Assembly: GCF_006345805.1 (NCBI RefSeq)
Contig: NC_042997.1
Span: forward strand, 152,396,001 to 152,460,000
Source of the DNA: Octopus sinensis
Lineage: Eukaryota
Direction of reading: 5' to 3'
Length of the DNA stretch: 64,000 nucleotides
Under the pieces are notes generated by a model, which saw only the letters and a program-made list of their open reading frames with translations, did not search any database and had not been told where the DNA came from. The translations under genes and the position numbers were made by a program. Positions 12,799 to 25,541 of the stretch are shown in pieces; position 1 is the stretch's first letter; each line of letters opens with the position of its first letter.

Positions 12799-13290
12799 AT
12801 ATGTGTTGACTGAAAAGTTCATAGGCTGACCAAGAAACTCTCATGGAACGTGACCAAATGAGGTTTATTTTTCTGCATAGTCCCCCTTGAAGTCCACACA
12901 CATCTTCCATTGGTGTTGCAGTGCTTGGACCACATTGGTAAAGAGGCTTTCATTGCATTAGTCAAAAATGTCATCAACAGTAGAAATGTCTTCACCATCA
13001 CAGCGATACTGGTTCCCAGCCAGTGATGTTTTCGTGTTGGCTAACAGATGATGATAGTCTGATGGAGCCAAATCAAGAAAATAGGGAGGATGATCAACCA
13101 GTTCAAAGCCACAATCACTCACAGCAGCCACTGAAACCAAGGACTCTTGTGCTGATGAAACAAGACCCCTTTCTTCAGTTTTCCTAGGCATTTGGTCTTG
13201 ATAGTCTTTCATAGCTGACTCAATAAGATGGCATAGTACTCTCCAGTTATGGTGTGGCCCTCTTGTAAATTATTATGATAAATGAGTGTC
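12799..13290 (-). mobile_element. Mariner (DD34D-type) transposase 3' fragment with one TIR
   Basis: GFELVDHPPYFLDLAPSDYH (HPPYSPDLAPSDY motif) and GHTITGEYYAILLSQL; TIR-like TGTTGACTGAAAAGTTCATAGGCTGAC at the left end. Confidence 0.85.
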
Positions 13291-14340
13291 ACTGTCATAC
13301 AAGCAAAGTCAGTCATTTCCAATATTCTACAAAAGCCTTTCTGGTCATGGGGAAGTTTTACCTTGCTTGAAAAGGGTGAATATTGGTGACATGAAAGGCA
13401 TCTGGCCATAGAAAATCTGCCTCGAAAAACTCTATCTGACTCAAGCAAGCATGGAAAAGTGGATATTAAATAATAATGATGAGCATTATTATAATGACAG
13501 TGAGTGAAATGAGAAACGACATTAAATTGTGTGTCACATTAATGGAAGTCTCCTTTTAATAATGTAGCTTTGGGCTACTCTATTATAGTTGCCAACATCC
13601 CCAATAAGGCAGATAAAATAAAGTAGCTTCATTATATTATACGTAAATTCTGCATTAGCTAATTATAAGACAAATTGATGGAGCCTCTATATAATATCTC
13701 AAGATGACAGACATAACACCCACATCACCTTCACATGAAACCCTATCGGCTTTTGTATGTATGTGTGTATGTAAGAGCTAACAAGAGAGACATCTAAATT
13801 GTAGCTAATATACTTCATGGAAGTAGCATCCAATTCTGTCTTAAATTACAGCCCTCTTATTTCAGCTAAAGTGGGGCCTGCACATGATATACTTAATGGT
13901 CAAAACAGAAAACAAACTTCCCTCAAACTACATATCATAATTATTATTTACCATCTCACAGGGAGATTTTGTATAAAGTGTATCTTGTTATATACAAAAA
14001 GTTTTATTTCGTTTTTGGATTTGGTTTGCAAGATTCATCATCATCATCATTATCATTTAACGTTCGTCTTCCATGCTAGCATGGGTGGGACAAGATTCTT
14101 TATGTGAATTTGTGTGTTAAAGCATATTTTATTGTCTGGGGTTGGCCATTCTCTTTTAGTGCCTTATTATTTAACGCACTCACTGGTTCAATTCCCACTC
14201 AGTTATTTATTTTTTCAAAAATTTTCATTGCGTCTTGCAACCTTTTCAATAGTTGTTGACTCAATCTATTATCAGAGCTGTGTTCTTTTTGCTTGTTTAT
14301 TTGTGTGCATGTGTGCACGTCAGTGTGCATATGTATACAC

Positions 14341-14371
<31 letters not shown>

Positions 14372-14764
14372 TGTGTATACATGTATGTGTGTATGCATAG
14401 ATATATGCCTGTGTGTACATTTGTATGTATGTATTCTGCATATTCATGTTTGTGTGTTTGTATATTTGTATGCATTGATGTGTGTCTGCATATGTATCCT
14501 TGTTCCTTGTGTGTGTGTATGTGTGTGTGTGTGAAGTGTGTGTGTGTGTGTATGGTCATGTGTTTCAGTTTTCATTTGTGTATATATGTGTGTGCTTGTC
14601 TGTCCATATTACCTGTGTACCTATCTATCCATTTATCTGTCTGTTTACTTACATATCCATTTACCTACACATACATACACACACACACATATATACATCA
14701 ACATAACAGCCTACTAACAACTCTACCTGTGTATATATAAACTATGGGTATTGGAGTATGACTA

Positions 14765-15105
14765 CCTTCTAAGTATATTTCCTATTTAGTACTGGGGATG
14801 TTTCATTTATGAGAACATACTCCTATATTTGTCTGAGTGTTGGGTCCTTCAGGTGCTTGGATAAAATATGGATGTCAAGTTGACCCTGTGTGCCTCCATG
14901 TATGTCTTTGGCATGTTGGTAGAATATGGAGGACTGTTTTTTGTCATCCTATCATTTAGCTCTCTCCGCAATGCTTCTAGATGTTTCACCTATGTATATC
15001 ATGTTCTTGTCTTTACAAGCACCTTCTATGCACCTTATGCTGTTGACTACATTTCTAGTTCTACAATTAATGCCAGGGGTGATCTTACGTTCTTGAATAT
15101 GCAGA
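14765..15105 (-). mobile_element. Penelope-like GIY-YIG endonuclease fragment in a MINDY4 intron
   Basis: INCRTRNVVNSIRCIEGACKDKNMIYIGETSRSIAERAK*H (C-rich linker, YIGET, R and H positions); interrupted by stops. Confidence 0.8.
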
Positions 15106-16258
15106 ATATGTACATACATACAATGCATATACACATACATGCATACACACATACATGCATATATGTATATACTCAGGCATACTGATGCACATGCATGCAC
15201 ACAAACAAACAAAAAAACAACACAGATCTAATAATGGACAAAGTCAATGACCATTGAAAAGTTTGCAAGATGCAAAGAAAATTTTAGAAAACATAAATAA
15301 TTAAATGAGTGGAAATTGAACTGGTGAGTGTGTTAAATAAATAAGGCACTAAAAGAGAATTCTGTCCTCAGACACAATAAAAAGTATTATGTTTTATTTC
15401 AATGTCTTAAACTTTTGAAAAGATCTGAGTATTTTATCTTGACTTGCTTTCTCCATTTTATAGAGAGAAAGAAAGGATGAGAAAAAGGGAAAGCAATCAT
15501 GGGAGGAGAAACTAGAGAGAATTGGAATAACAGGTGATGGGGAATGAGACTGATATATAAGTTACAATGAGAAAGCACAAAGAAAAAAACAGGATAGTCT
15601 AAATGCCCTCGATGTTCTTTTTGTCTTTTAATATCTTGCTTTCTCCAGTCTCCTGATAAAGAGAGAGGGTGAGAGAGAAGGAAAGAGAGAGAGAGAACAC
15701 AAAAGTAAAAATCAGGAAAAGAAGATTAAATAGAAATAGAGGCTAACAATATTTTACTGTAATTCTGACTTAAGTGACAATACAAAGATATTCTGTTTCA
15801 TTGGTCAAACAGTTTGTAATGTGTTTCAGAATGATCATATTTCTCCATCATGTTATTTCTATACTACTAACAGATATCGTTTGATCTGCATCTCCAAAAG
15901 AGTATAGCTGTATATTTGTAAAAAGGATGCAGAAGGAAACACCTGTTCATTGTAGCTCTACCTGACAGAAACAGCAGCGAGATGTACCACAAATTGCACC
16001 TTACACTCCAATGTATATATATAATGGGAGCACCTCTACTTAATTGCCATATCTGCTAGGAATAGCAGCCAAATCTCCCTTAATTCATAAATCACAGTCT
16101 TGCATTTCTTCATATATATGGAGCCAACAAAGGAGTATCTACTCTGTGTCCTGACCTGATATAAACAGCAAACAATTCTCCCTCAGACTTTGTTCTACTG
16201 TCTTATGTATGTATGTTGTTTTAATACCCAGTCATCATTGTGTACCTCCATTAGTGTA

Positions 16259-17121
16259 CAGCATGTCCCAAAAGTCACTGAGGGGTTTCAGTTTTTAACA
16301 ACTTCCTTAACTTTTCAAATAAATGCCTGAAATTTTGATAGAATATAAAAGACATAATGGAAATTAATATGCATGAATCAAATTTTGCAACACCACTACA
16401 TCACATATGAAAAATGACATTGCTTAAAAGGCAGTCCTTTTTGGTTTTGCACACCTGTGCTCTTTCCAAGACTTGCACCATAACACCTTCAAGAGTTTCA
16501 GACCCTACTTCTCTGATTTCTTAATTGATGTTCTTCAGTTGCACCAGGGTCTCTGGTTTGCTGATGTAAACCCTAACTTTCAGGTATCCCCACAAGAAAA
16601 AATCTGGGATAGTCAAGTCTGGGGAATGTGAAGGCCAGTCGACATTGCCGTAGCAGGAGATTATTCTTTCTCCAAAGCATTGCTGTAGCAACTGCATTGT
16701 TTCTCTTGTGGTCCGAGCAGTTGCTCCATCTTGCTGGAACCATGTGTGAGATCTATTTTGAATGGCTGGGTGCAAAAAGGTCTCAGTCATGGATACCTGA
16801 AAGAGAGGGTTTATATCAACAAACCAGAGACCTTGGTGCAACTGAAGAACATCAATAGAGAAATCAGAGAAGTAGGGTCTGAAACTCTTGAGGGTGTTAT
16901 GGTGCAAGCTTTGGAAAGAGCACAGGTGTGCGAAGCTGAAAATGGCTTCCATGTAAGTGATGGCATTTTTCATATACGATGTAGTGGTGTTGCAAAATTT
17001 GACTTGTGCATATTAATTTCGATTATGTTCTTTATATTATATCAAAATTCTATGTATTTATTTGTAAAGGTAAGGAAATTATTAAAAATTGAAATCCATC
17101 ATTTACTTTTGGGACACCCTG
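16259..17121. mobile_element. Fold-back derivative of a rosa-type (DD41D) Tc1/mariner element
   Basis: TA-CAG..TGTCCCAAAAGT termini in inverted orientation; ~330-bp inverted arms. The core encodes FQQDGAT...WPSHSPDLTIPDFFLWGYLK, with 41 residues between the 2nd and 3rd Asp. Confidence 0.88.
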
Positions 17122-17524
17122 TATATACACACAATGATTACCTCTTCTTGTCAGATGATAGCCATCTCACATTCAGCCTGATTGTTCTGATTTACTTTCA
17201 TTCTTGCATGTGCATGGATATGGCTTCTCTTACCATCCATCCATCACCATAGGCCTTTAAAAGTACAAAACAGATCAAGAAATGATCCTTTGATATATAT
17301 ATATATACACACACACAAATACCTATTTACATACATACATGCACACACACATGCATGCATGCATACATACATTCATACATACATACATGCATGCAGTTGT
17401 TCATTCATCCATTCACAGATTGATGCCAAGCTCAGCAGATATATATATATTTCTAAAATGAGTTGTTATTTTAGATGATAATTACTGAGGATGTTGTTTT
17501 TGTTTTCTTTAATTTCGTTTATAG

Positions 17525-17600
17525 ACATAAGCAATCCAAACTTCAAGATACCATCTGATGATGACATGGTGCCTCCACTTGACTTGTGCATTCGGACAAA
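17525..17600 (+). CDS. MINDY4: MINDY4/FAM188B exon
   Basis: cgtttatag|AC...AA|gtaagt, 76 nt. Phase fits both neighbours; encodes (D)ISNPNFKIPSDDDMVPPLDLCIRT(K). Confidence 0.95.
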
Positions 17601-17804
17601 GTAAGTTCATAAAATAGTCAGCATTTTATTTTATTGCCTTCATTTTCTGCTTGATGGATGGGCTGTAGTCATAACCTTTGCAGGTCATTATAGACTGGTG
17701 AAGCTAAGGCAATCAGAGGAAGAAACACTATACATATGTATATATGTTGTGAGTTGGATTTGTGTGTATGTACATGCATACTCATATCTGATTATGTGTG
17801 GATC

Positions 17805-18621
17805 TCTCTAAGAATTTTGCTTCCCAACCAGATAGTTCTGATTTCATTCCCACTGCATTGAGCTGTGGGCAAGTGTTTTCTACTGCAACCTCAGGCCAAC
17901 AAAATTCCATGTGAGTGGATTTGGTAGACAGAAACTGAATGAAGCCTGTTATAAATATTTGAGTGTGTGTGTGTGTGTGTATTTTTTCCCCACAGCTCCT
18001 TCAGAACCTGTATCAGTTTGTTTATGTCTCTGTATCTTAGCTGTTGGGCATTAGGGGTCAATAGAATATGAGTATTGGGATGTTGTTCAACCTTCCCTTC
18101 AAGGTGGTTCTGTTGCATGGTTGCAGTTCTGAGACTGAAACAAGCAAAAGATAAAGGTTTAATGGTAAAAACTGGATGCATAGAACTCAGAACATGAGTG
18201 TGTGTATATATATATATATCTTTTTTATTTTTATTTTTTACTTGTTTCAGTCATTTGACTGTGGCCATGCTGGAGCACTGCCTTTAATCGAGCAACTCGA
18301 CCCCGGGACTTATTCTTTTTGTAAGCCCAGTACTTATTTTATCGGTCTCTTTTGCTGAACCGCTAAGTAACGGGGACATAAACACACCAGCATCAGTTGT
18401 CAAGCGATGCTAGGGGGACAAACACACACATGCATATATATATATATATACATATAAACGACAGGCTTCTTTCAGTTTCCGTCTACTAAATCCACTCACA
18501 AGGCTTTGGTCGGCCTGAGGCTATAGTAGAAGACACTTGCCCAAGGTGCCACGCAGTGGGACTGAACCCGGAACCATGTGGTTGGTAAACAAGCTACTTA
18601 CCACACAGCCACTCCTGCGCC
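17805..18621. mobile_element. Two family A SINEs, tail-to-tail (+ 17805-18155, degenerate; - 18237-18621)
   Basis: Family A motifs on opposite strands about 80 bp apart. Confidence 0.8.
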
Positions 18622-21033
18622 ATATATATATATATATATGTGTGTGTTGTTGTGTTGTTGTGTACATATGTATATATATATATGTTTATATATTCTCAAG
18701 TCACTTTATAACTTTTACCAATTAAAACTGATAATATAAATCATCATTATCACAATCCTCTTTTTAGCTCATATTCCATGCTAGCATGTTGGTTGGTTTG
18801 AAAGGATATGAGGAATCAAAAATCTGTATCATGCAACTCTGCCTACTTTGGCATGGTTTCTATGACATGATGCCCTTTATATTGCCAACCATTTTACAGT
18901 GTGTGTTGCCTACATTGTTTTTCATATAACCAGCACTAGTGAGGTAGCTATGCAACTTATAAGACTATGGACCTCAAGAGAGATGGCTTTATATCAGGAG
19001 ATGAAGGGTTAAAGTATGAGAGAAGAGATCAGAGCAGATCAGGTTTCTTGTTGTTGAGGCACTAAAGGTTACTTGCATTTTAGAGGTGGTGGTGGGGGGG
19101 GGGGGGCGCAGACGAAAAGGGAATGTGGGTGGGTGGGTAGGGTTTTCAAGAATGTGTGGGAGAGTGAATGATGGGGAATGAGTGAATATAATGAATGAAG
19201 GATAAGTGTTGAAGAATGGAGGTTGTGAATGGTTGATAAGGGGTGCTATAATGCATGGGATAAGGAACAGCTAAATAGTAATGATAAAACAAGAGAAAAA
19301 GAGAGCAACAGAGAGAAAGAAAGAGGAGAGTGAGAAAGAGCAAGAGAACATGTGGTTGGGTAGTGAACATGTGGTTATCATAGTGTGTGGGTGAGGGAGA
19401 GAGGCAAGCAGGTTCTATTCCACTTACTTCACATCTCCTCTTGGGTAAATGTTTTTTTATCATTGCTGGGTTAACTAGTGCATTATCAGTGAAATATATT
19501 GAACAGAAACTGAGTGTAAACTTATAGATGTATGTAAATCATTGCATACGGTACATACGTTTGTGGGCATCTATATCTGTGTTTATCATCACACCTCCTA
19601 AAAACTGATGTTCAGTTGAATTTTATATCCTATATCTTACAAGTTTGAGAAAAAGATTGATAACATAATACCAGATTGTAATGACTGTTTGGTTCAGTAT
19701 GATTGATTAAACACTTAAAAGATTATGTCTCAGCTTAGCTACAGTCCAGTGGATGAAAGTAGTCAAAGAATATAAGGTGGTGAGGTGGCAGAATTGTTAG
19801 CACATTGGACAGATGCATGGGTGCATTTCTTCTGGCTCTTTCTATTCTGAACTCAAATCCTGCTGAAGTAAATTTTTTCTTTCATCTCTTTATATTTAAT
19901 AAAGTAAAGTACGAGTTCAATTCTGGGGGTTGATGTAATTGGCTTGCCCACACCTTTCAAAATTGCTGGCCTGGATGGCTGCAATGGACCAACCGTTCAT
20001 GGAGGAAGTTGTGATTTTGACTACGTATATGCCTTACAAAATGGGTAATCAGCTTTATGAGTCCTACGGTATGAAAAGAAAAAAGAAACTATCTATCTAT
20101 CTGTCTCTCTGTCTGTCTGTATATTGGCCTGCTCACCTAGCCAGCAGGGTGGCATCATTCAAATGCTATAATGATACAAAGTACATTGTGACCAGTGAGG
20201 TGTAACAACCTTCGATAGCCTGGTCACTCACATATCATGTGATATATATATATGCTCATATGTGTGTATGTTTGTGTGTTTGAGTGTACATATATAAATA
20301 TGTATATATACATGATTCTGCCTTTACATTTCTATATATATTTTATGTTCTTGTATGCATACTGAATTTCATAGTTATTTCATTTTTAATGTTTTGTTAT
20401 CTGATATGTAAAATCAATACCTATGCATGTATTTATTTCTATATTTATACATAACACACACCATATATGTGTGTATATGTGTGAGTGTCTGTCTATACAT
20501 ATATATATATACACACACATTCATATTAATATCATTAAATGATGAGAATATCACTATATGAATGCATGCGAATATATATGTATGTATATGTATACACACA
20601 CATATGTATATATATATCTATATATATATATACATATAGTGTGTGTAAGAGATCAATAGCCTTATGTGTTAGGACAATGCAGTTGTCCAAGAACAGCAGC
20701 ATTCCAGACTGAATGTATTTATTGTATCTAGTGCAATAAACCATTAAGATAGATGATATTTATTCTATGTGTCTGGAGAGGAAAGAAATTAATTTTGTAA
20801 ATGGTGACTTTCCCATAGAAGACGTTACAGAGAAGTAAAATGTTGCATGATGGGAAATTCAGCCTTATCCTTAGGTTAGCGAACTTAATGTGATTAATTA
20901 AAAAAAAGCAAAAAATAATAATGAAAAAAAAATAGGAAATGGTACTATAATAAGACAAAATTAGGCTAACTTAACCAATGAGATACAAAGATCATTTCTT
21001 GGAGTCTTATCTACAGCCAATTTCTATTTTCAG

Positions 21034-21082
21034 GTGGCATAATGCCCGAATAGACTGGAACTCTACAGAACCTTTGCTCTGA
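21034..21082 (+). CDS. MINDY4: MINDY4/FAM188B terminal coding exon
   Basis: ctattttcag|G TGG CAT...CTC TGA. Encodes (K)WHNARIDWNSTEPLL*, matching the recalled MINDY4 C-terminus KWKGASVNWNGSDPIL*. Confidence 0.94.
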
Positions 21083-21142
21083 ACTGTCTTTCCTGAAAAA
21101 GCAAATCATTTTTATTGTAACACAGTTTGCTGTGAATTCAAA

Positions 21143-21180
<38 letters not shown>

Positions 21181-21485
21181 TTATATATATATGTATGTAT
21201 ACATGTTGATATATATGTGTGTATATGTGCATGAATGTATATAGTGTGTTTGTATGTATGTGTGTGTATTTGTATATTGTATATACATATGTATATATAA
21301 AGGTGTGTATGATTTTCTGTGAAAATTTGTGTGCTGCGTGGTTAAAAAAAGTCAAAAGAAATTCTATAATATCTAGTAAATTTAATAGTTCTTTATAATT
21401 AAATGAAAATTTAATATAAGCATTTATGATTAGTTTATTCATTTTTACTATTAAAAGCCTATAAGTATGTATGAACATATATATA

Positions 21486-21520
<35 letters not shown>

Positions 21521-23294
21521 CATACATATACATGCATACATACATATATCTGTGTGTATATATGTTTCTATTGTTATTATCATTGTTATTATTATTATTA
21601 TTATTATTATCATCATTATTATTATTATTATTATTATTATCATCATCATCACTGGCACAGACATGCACACTCACACACTGTCTATGCATAGGTAAACACA
21701 TGATCAATTCATTAACCAACTTTATATACACACACTGCAGTTAACCTAAACAAATAATTGCTTTTCTATTTTAGAAGGGTCATGATTTTGTTCTCTTTCG
21801 GAATCTCTCTTAGAATTCAATTAGACTGCTACAAAGTTGTTTACTCTGGACGGATTTTATGTAACTTTCGGATTTTACTTGCTTCTCTTCATAAACTTTT
21901 AATTACTCATTGCTGTTGCAGAAAATCTTGTTTACCACCTGCCTCTTAAATGAGTCTCTGAGTTATTCCTTTTTAAGTCTCTGAGCTCTTTGTCGTAAGA
22001 TTCTGAGATGTTATTCAAGAGATTGTGTTAGTCATGAGGTATTGATTAATCAGTCATTTCTATAATTGTTATGGTCTAGAATAATAGTAATATGTTTGAA
22101 GCTAGCTTCATCTTTCATAATACCATTGATGTGTTTTTCTTTGATCAGTCACTTATTCACAGATAGGAGTTATATCCTGTAATTAGAGATAGTTTTATTT
22201 GACTGTTTTCTAAGTATTGTCATGTAAGGAACTCATAAATAACCCAAGCAATTGACACATTGATTTTCTCTTTGTGCAAAGGATTTGGAAGATGTGACAT
22301 CTCCTTTAACCTTTTAGCATTTAAACTGGTCGTATCTGGCTCAAATATACTATTTGCTTTATGTTTAAACCAGCCAGATCCAGCCTCTCATACCTAACCT
22401 ACAATGTTATTCTAAAAATAAACAATCACATCATCAAAATCTCAAAGCTGTGAGATAATGCATGGTTAATTTAAAACAATATTGATAAATAAGCATTGCA
22501 TTTGACAAAATAATCTGAATGCTATTGGGTTAAGCCAGCTTTTCAGAGGCTTGTTTATTTATGAAGCTGTTTTTATAAGACAATCCTTGTGAGGCATATG
22601 TACTAATTTTGGCACCAATATTGTGCTGGTAAAGGGAGTTCTTGAGACAGTCAAGCAACTATATAGGATTCGCAGTAAATGTAATGTGCTGATCCATTGA
22701 TTAGTTTCTCAGTCAAATTTTCCATCATTTTATGATCTTCCAGTTGAGGTTATCTCAACAGAGAGAAGGGGAGGGAGAGAGAGTATGCATTTGTGTGTGT
22801 GTGATTTGGTTGTTATTTCTAGCTGGATGAGTGATTAGATAGACATTCGATAATTAATTCATAAGTATGTATTTAGATAATGGAAGAGTACTAAGATGAA
22901 AGGATGAGTGCAGTTATTGTCTGAATGTCAGTTTTGTTAGCTGCAACTTATGAATCCAGTTTAGTAACAGTTACAAAGCCAACAATAAGGTACTTAGTGA
23001 TAAACAAAGATCAAACTGATAAAAACATGATGCAAAAATCCATCCATCCATCCATCCATTTTCTCCACCCAACAATTCTTGGGAGGGTTGTGTTGGTAGA
23101 GTCCTCAGGCACCTCCTTTATAGGGTTTCATCAGAAGCAACCATCATTACACTTTCTGTCTAGATTACCAAGCATGACCAACTGAGACTATGCAAATAGA
23201 ATGTACAAACTGGTGCAGTCCTTTGGCTTACTAGCCTCTGTCAGACCATCAAACCTATCACAACATGAATAACAGATGTTAAATAATGATGGTG

Positions 23295-23628
23295 TTAAGT
23301 TAAGTTAAGTTAATTTTTTGGCTCAAAAAGCAAAAAGCAAGGCCATGTAGTGGGACATGGAGTTATGTACAGGGAGGGTGTTCATGCAAAGAGTTCAGGC
23401 CATTTCTGATCAAGAGAGACTTTGAACCGAGCAGTCGTTGGCATCTTCACTATCTCGTCCGGCAGCTTATTCCACGGATCCGCAACTCGGACGGAAAAAG
23501 CCCCTCTCCTTTGATTGAGATGAAATCGTCGCAGATAGAGCTTTTTGGAGTGACCCCGCAGCCAACGCTCTGGAGCAGGAGTGAAGAACAGCTCTTTCGA
23601 GAGGTTACACTTTCCTCTTATGATGTTG
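23295..23628 (-). mobile_element. CR1 LINE, short 5'-truncated 3' end
   Basis: The minus strand reads NIIRGKCNLSKELFFTPAPERWLRGHSKKLYLRRFHLNQRRGAFSVRVADPWNKLPDEIV...FKVSLD (CR1 RGH..KL / FS.RV...WN.LP); (TTAAC)n tail. Confidence 0.9.
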
Positions 23629-25493
23629 TGAGTGAGAATGAGATCACCACATCGTTGTCGTTTTTCTAGAGAATAAAGGTGTAAATGTATACCCTAAATA
23701 GCTCAGAAAATTTTAATTTTATTAGCCATAAACTCCTCTCAGACATTTCGACATGTAATCATGCTGCAACTAATTTGTATATTATTCTGATGCAATTTGA
23801 CTGAGTCCACTTTACCAGTATTTACTGATCTTACAGAATGGAAACTAGAAGTAACAAATCAGCATATTTTGGCTATGATACAGCACTGTATCTATTAAAC
23901 CACTGTGTATCAGAGTTCACGGTGTAGATCTTCAACTATAACACATTTTTAAGGTAATTTTCTTTCACCACTGTCATTTTAATCCATCATCATCATCGTT
24001 TAACGTCCACTTTCCATGCTAGCATGGGTTAGACGATTTGACTGAGAACTGGCGAACCAGATGGCTGCGCCAGGCTCCAATCTGATCTGGCAGAGTTTCT
24101 ACAGCTGGATGCCCTTCCTAACGTCAACCACTCCAAGAGTGTAGTGGGTGCTTTTAAAGTGCCACCGGCACGAGGGCCAGTCTAGCAGTACTGGCAACGG
24201 CCATGCTCGAATCCATAGCAATCAAATATTTGAATGGCTCAATGGATCTGTGGAACATGTTACCTTGTTGTTTCACTGTCTATTGAGTCAATGGAGGAGC
24301 TTCTACATGGTCATTGACCTACTCACTAGAGGTAACAGCTGAATTCCTACTAATCATTCTATTTTTAAAAGGAACACATTGATTAATTTGATCCAGATTT
24401 CTCTGAACATAGGGAAATGGCACAGCTGAAATTCTTTGAACATAAATCTGTTTGATTTAGATTGATCTCTACCTAAACGACAATGTCAGTCATCTGTCTA
24501 TGCATCATACTTGTTGCTATTTAGCCCTGATCATCTCAGAGAATGCAGATCTATGGTTAGAGGCTTTCCTGTCATGACCATTTAGTCCATTTAAGTATAT
24601 CCGGACTACATTAACCAAAGTGTCTTTCCTAATTTGAAGAAATTAGTGATTGATTTAAGAGACATTTGGTTTTAAAAGGTGGAGTGATCATATTGTGGCT
24701 CCCTCATTCATTCACCATTTCATTGTAAAGCCACTTGTCAGAGCGGCCGGATGCTAAATGACAACATCAGTAGTAATGATAACAATAGCAATTAGTCAAA
24801 GCTGTGCCAGTCTTTATTGTTAACCGACAGTCTTGAAAAATTGTGACATCATGTAAAATAGTATTTTATTCTTTCTGTTGGTGACTCAGAATGAATGAGA
24901 GTAATACATTAATATCATCATCATCATCATCATCATCATCACCACCATCATCATCATAATAATCACTATTTTCATGACTGTTACAGTCATCATAACCATC
25001 AACATCATCATAGTCATCATCATTGTAATCATCATCATCATCTTCATTGTATTCATCATCATCTTCACAACGCAAAAACAATATGTTTATGTTTATGGCT
25101 TTGATAATTGTAAAGCACTTTGATATATTTACTCTCTCTCTCTCCTCATATATTTATTATAATTTAGGGTGTCTAAGAGATACCTCCATGCTGGAAATAG
25201 CAGTCAAAACACGACTCTAAAACCACATTAAATGTTCATACAGCACCAGGAGAGAAGACAAAAGAGACAAAATAAACTATAGTTTATTTTTTGCTAGTTT
25301 ATTTTGTCTCTTTTGTCTTTGGTGCTGTATGAATATTTAATATGGTTTTAGAGTCAAGTTTCAGCTGCTATTTCCAGCATGGAGATATCTCTTAGATACC
25401 CTAAATTTTAATTTTAAAAAATTATTACCGTTGAAAGGTTTTTATTCCCATGCTGGCCACCTGATAAGATCGGTATTTAAATATTGATCTTAT

Positions 25494-25541
<48 letters not shown>

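Noticed and set aside
14114-14740. Long ORFs of Y/I/C/V/M/H/T repeats (also at 21173, 39121-39713, 48469, 61953 and 62767-63310)
   Set aside because: These are translations of (TA)n, (CA)n, (TATG)n, (GATA)n and (ATT)n microsatellites.
24866-25081. Asp-rich and Met-rich ORFs
   Set aside because: Artefacts of a (CAT)n tract.
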